Below are positions 35,102-35,293 of a DNA stretch of 35,293 nucleotides, one piece after another. The position numbers were made by a program, and so were the translations under genes. The DNA comes from Intoshia linei (taxonomy: Eukaryota > Animalia > Orthonectida). The stretch is from assembly GCA_001642005.1 (NCBI GenBank), contig LWCA01000270.1, forward strand, positions 1 through 35,293, written 5' to 3'. How positions within the stretch are numbered: the first letter of the stretch is position 1; every line of letters starts with the position of its first letter. Below the pieces are notes generated by a model. That model saw nothing but the letters and a program-made list of their open reading frames with translations. It was not told the DNA's origin and made no database searches.

Positions 35102-35293
35102 TATAGACAATACTGTAAGTCAGTTGTGGGAAAACTTATTGATATGCGGGCTACATTGAACACGTATAATTATGTCGCAGGCCACACAAATTTCGTGAAT
35201 ACACATGAAACAATTTAAATTGATGAAATTCTATTTTGACTTGTAAATTTGATTGCTTTTTTTAAATATTAAAGTGTCAAAATTCCATTTGAA

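Noticed and set aside
1-35293. CRISPR arrays, rRNA, tRNA or prokaryotic operon/defence systems
   Set aside because: None seen; the sequence is intron-rich eukaryotic DNA. The TTGACA motifs are not paired with -10 boxes before bacterial-type genes.

Overview
A very AT-rich, compact animal (eukaryotic) genome segment with many 32-60 nt GT-AG introns; the architecture resembles reduced parasitic invertebrates such as the orthonectid Intoshia, which is an inference and not an identification. I could splice seven genes by hand: the 3' part of NDOR1 (+), a speriolin C-terminal-domain gene (+), ATG14 (-), SRP72 (+), a Prop/unc-42-class paired-like homeobox gene (+), site-1 protease MBTPS1 (+) and CWC25 (-). 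Large introns and intergenic gaps are filled with nested non-autonomous DNA transposons: hAT-type MITEs with 8-bp TSDs, a Helitron-like family in several copies, and pogo/Tigger, mariner and hAT transposase relics. The most unusual points are: S1P appears to lack its prodomain, CWC25 appears to lack its N-terminal Cir_N segment, NDOR1 has degenerate NADPH/catalytic motifs, and speriolin-ATG14-SRP72 are packed with 11-nt and 65-nt gaps. There is also a TTGACA cluster upstream of Prop, a G-U-rich hairpin in the Prop intron, and an inverted non-coding duplicated unit near the window end. I see no clearly new multi-gene system; the findings are candidate oddities that need RNA-seq or homology checks.
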